A DNA stretch of 20,000 nt, taken from assembly GCA_009602735.1 (NCBI GenBank), contig WELA01003053.1:100628-120627 (forward strand). Direction: 5' to 3'. Of this stretch, positions 19,599-20,000 are shown piece after piece; position 1 is the first letter of the stretch, and the number at the start of each line of letters is the position of its first letter. This stretch comes from Mesotaenium endlicherianum. Its lineage: Eukaryota. The position numbers were made by a program, and so were the translations under genes. The notes below the pieces were generated by a model, which saw only the letters and a list, made by a program, of their open reading frames with translations, was not told the DNA's origin and ran no database searches.

Positions 19599-20000
19599 CT
19601 GCCCCCGCCCGCCCCAGGCCCCACGAGAGAGAGACACATAGATAGCATCATCTCTTTTCCCCTTCCTCCTCCGTTCCTCGCAATGGCAGAGCGTACCAAC
19701 ATACCCCCACACCAAGTTCCAACACAGGCACGCATCTAGCCACACACGCCAGACGCGGTGGGGAACACCTGCACTTGCGCTGAGCTGTCACCGGGCTCGC
19801 CACGCTGCTGCGCTGCGCTTGACACGTGCCTTCTGGAGCTAACTATTAGGCCCCTTGTTTTGATCTACTTTTGATTCATAACACGAGATGCTCCTGTCTA
19901 TCATTCAGCGGTCTTCTCGGGGGCGTGAGCAGCACCATGATATTGTAAACGCACAACCAGGGCAAAGGCAGGGGAGGGGGCTGGGCATGGGCGAGGGGGG

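Overview
Eukaryotic, GC-rich, microsatellite-rich nuclear DNA, most likely from a green alga or streptophyte alga (inference). Almost the whole window (1242 to beyond 20000) is one intron-rich minus-strand gene. I reconstructed 21 exons (~2.2 kb, ~740 codons) that splice in frame. They encode a cyanobacterial-type TIGR03960 radical SAM protein (CTRGCRFC motif) fused to a TIGR03936/DUF2344 domain; the 5' end lies outside the window and one exon probably lies in the N gap at 18620-18815. A ~3.3 kb block carrying five exons appears twice (11160-14472 and 15306-18619), adjacent to Ns, and is probably an assembly artefact. The introns are unusual: two consecutive GC-AG introns, C/T-rich tracts after donors, and G-rich or UG-repeat tracts before acceptors. 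The left end holds the convergent 3' end of a plant STP/HUP-type hexose transporter that may be degenerate. Most ORFs in the supplied track are spurious reads through introns, repeats or gaps.
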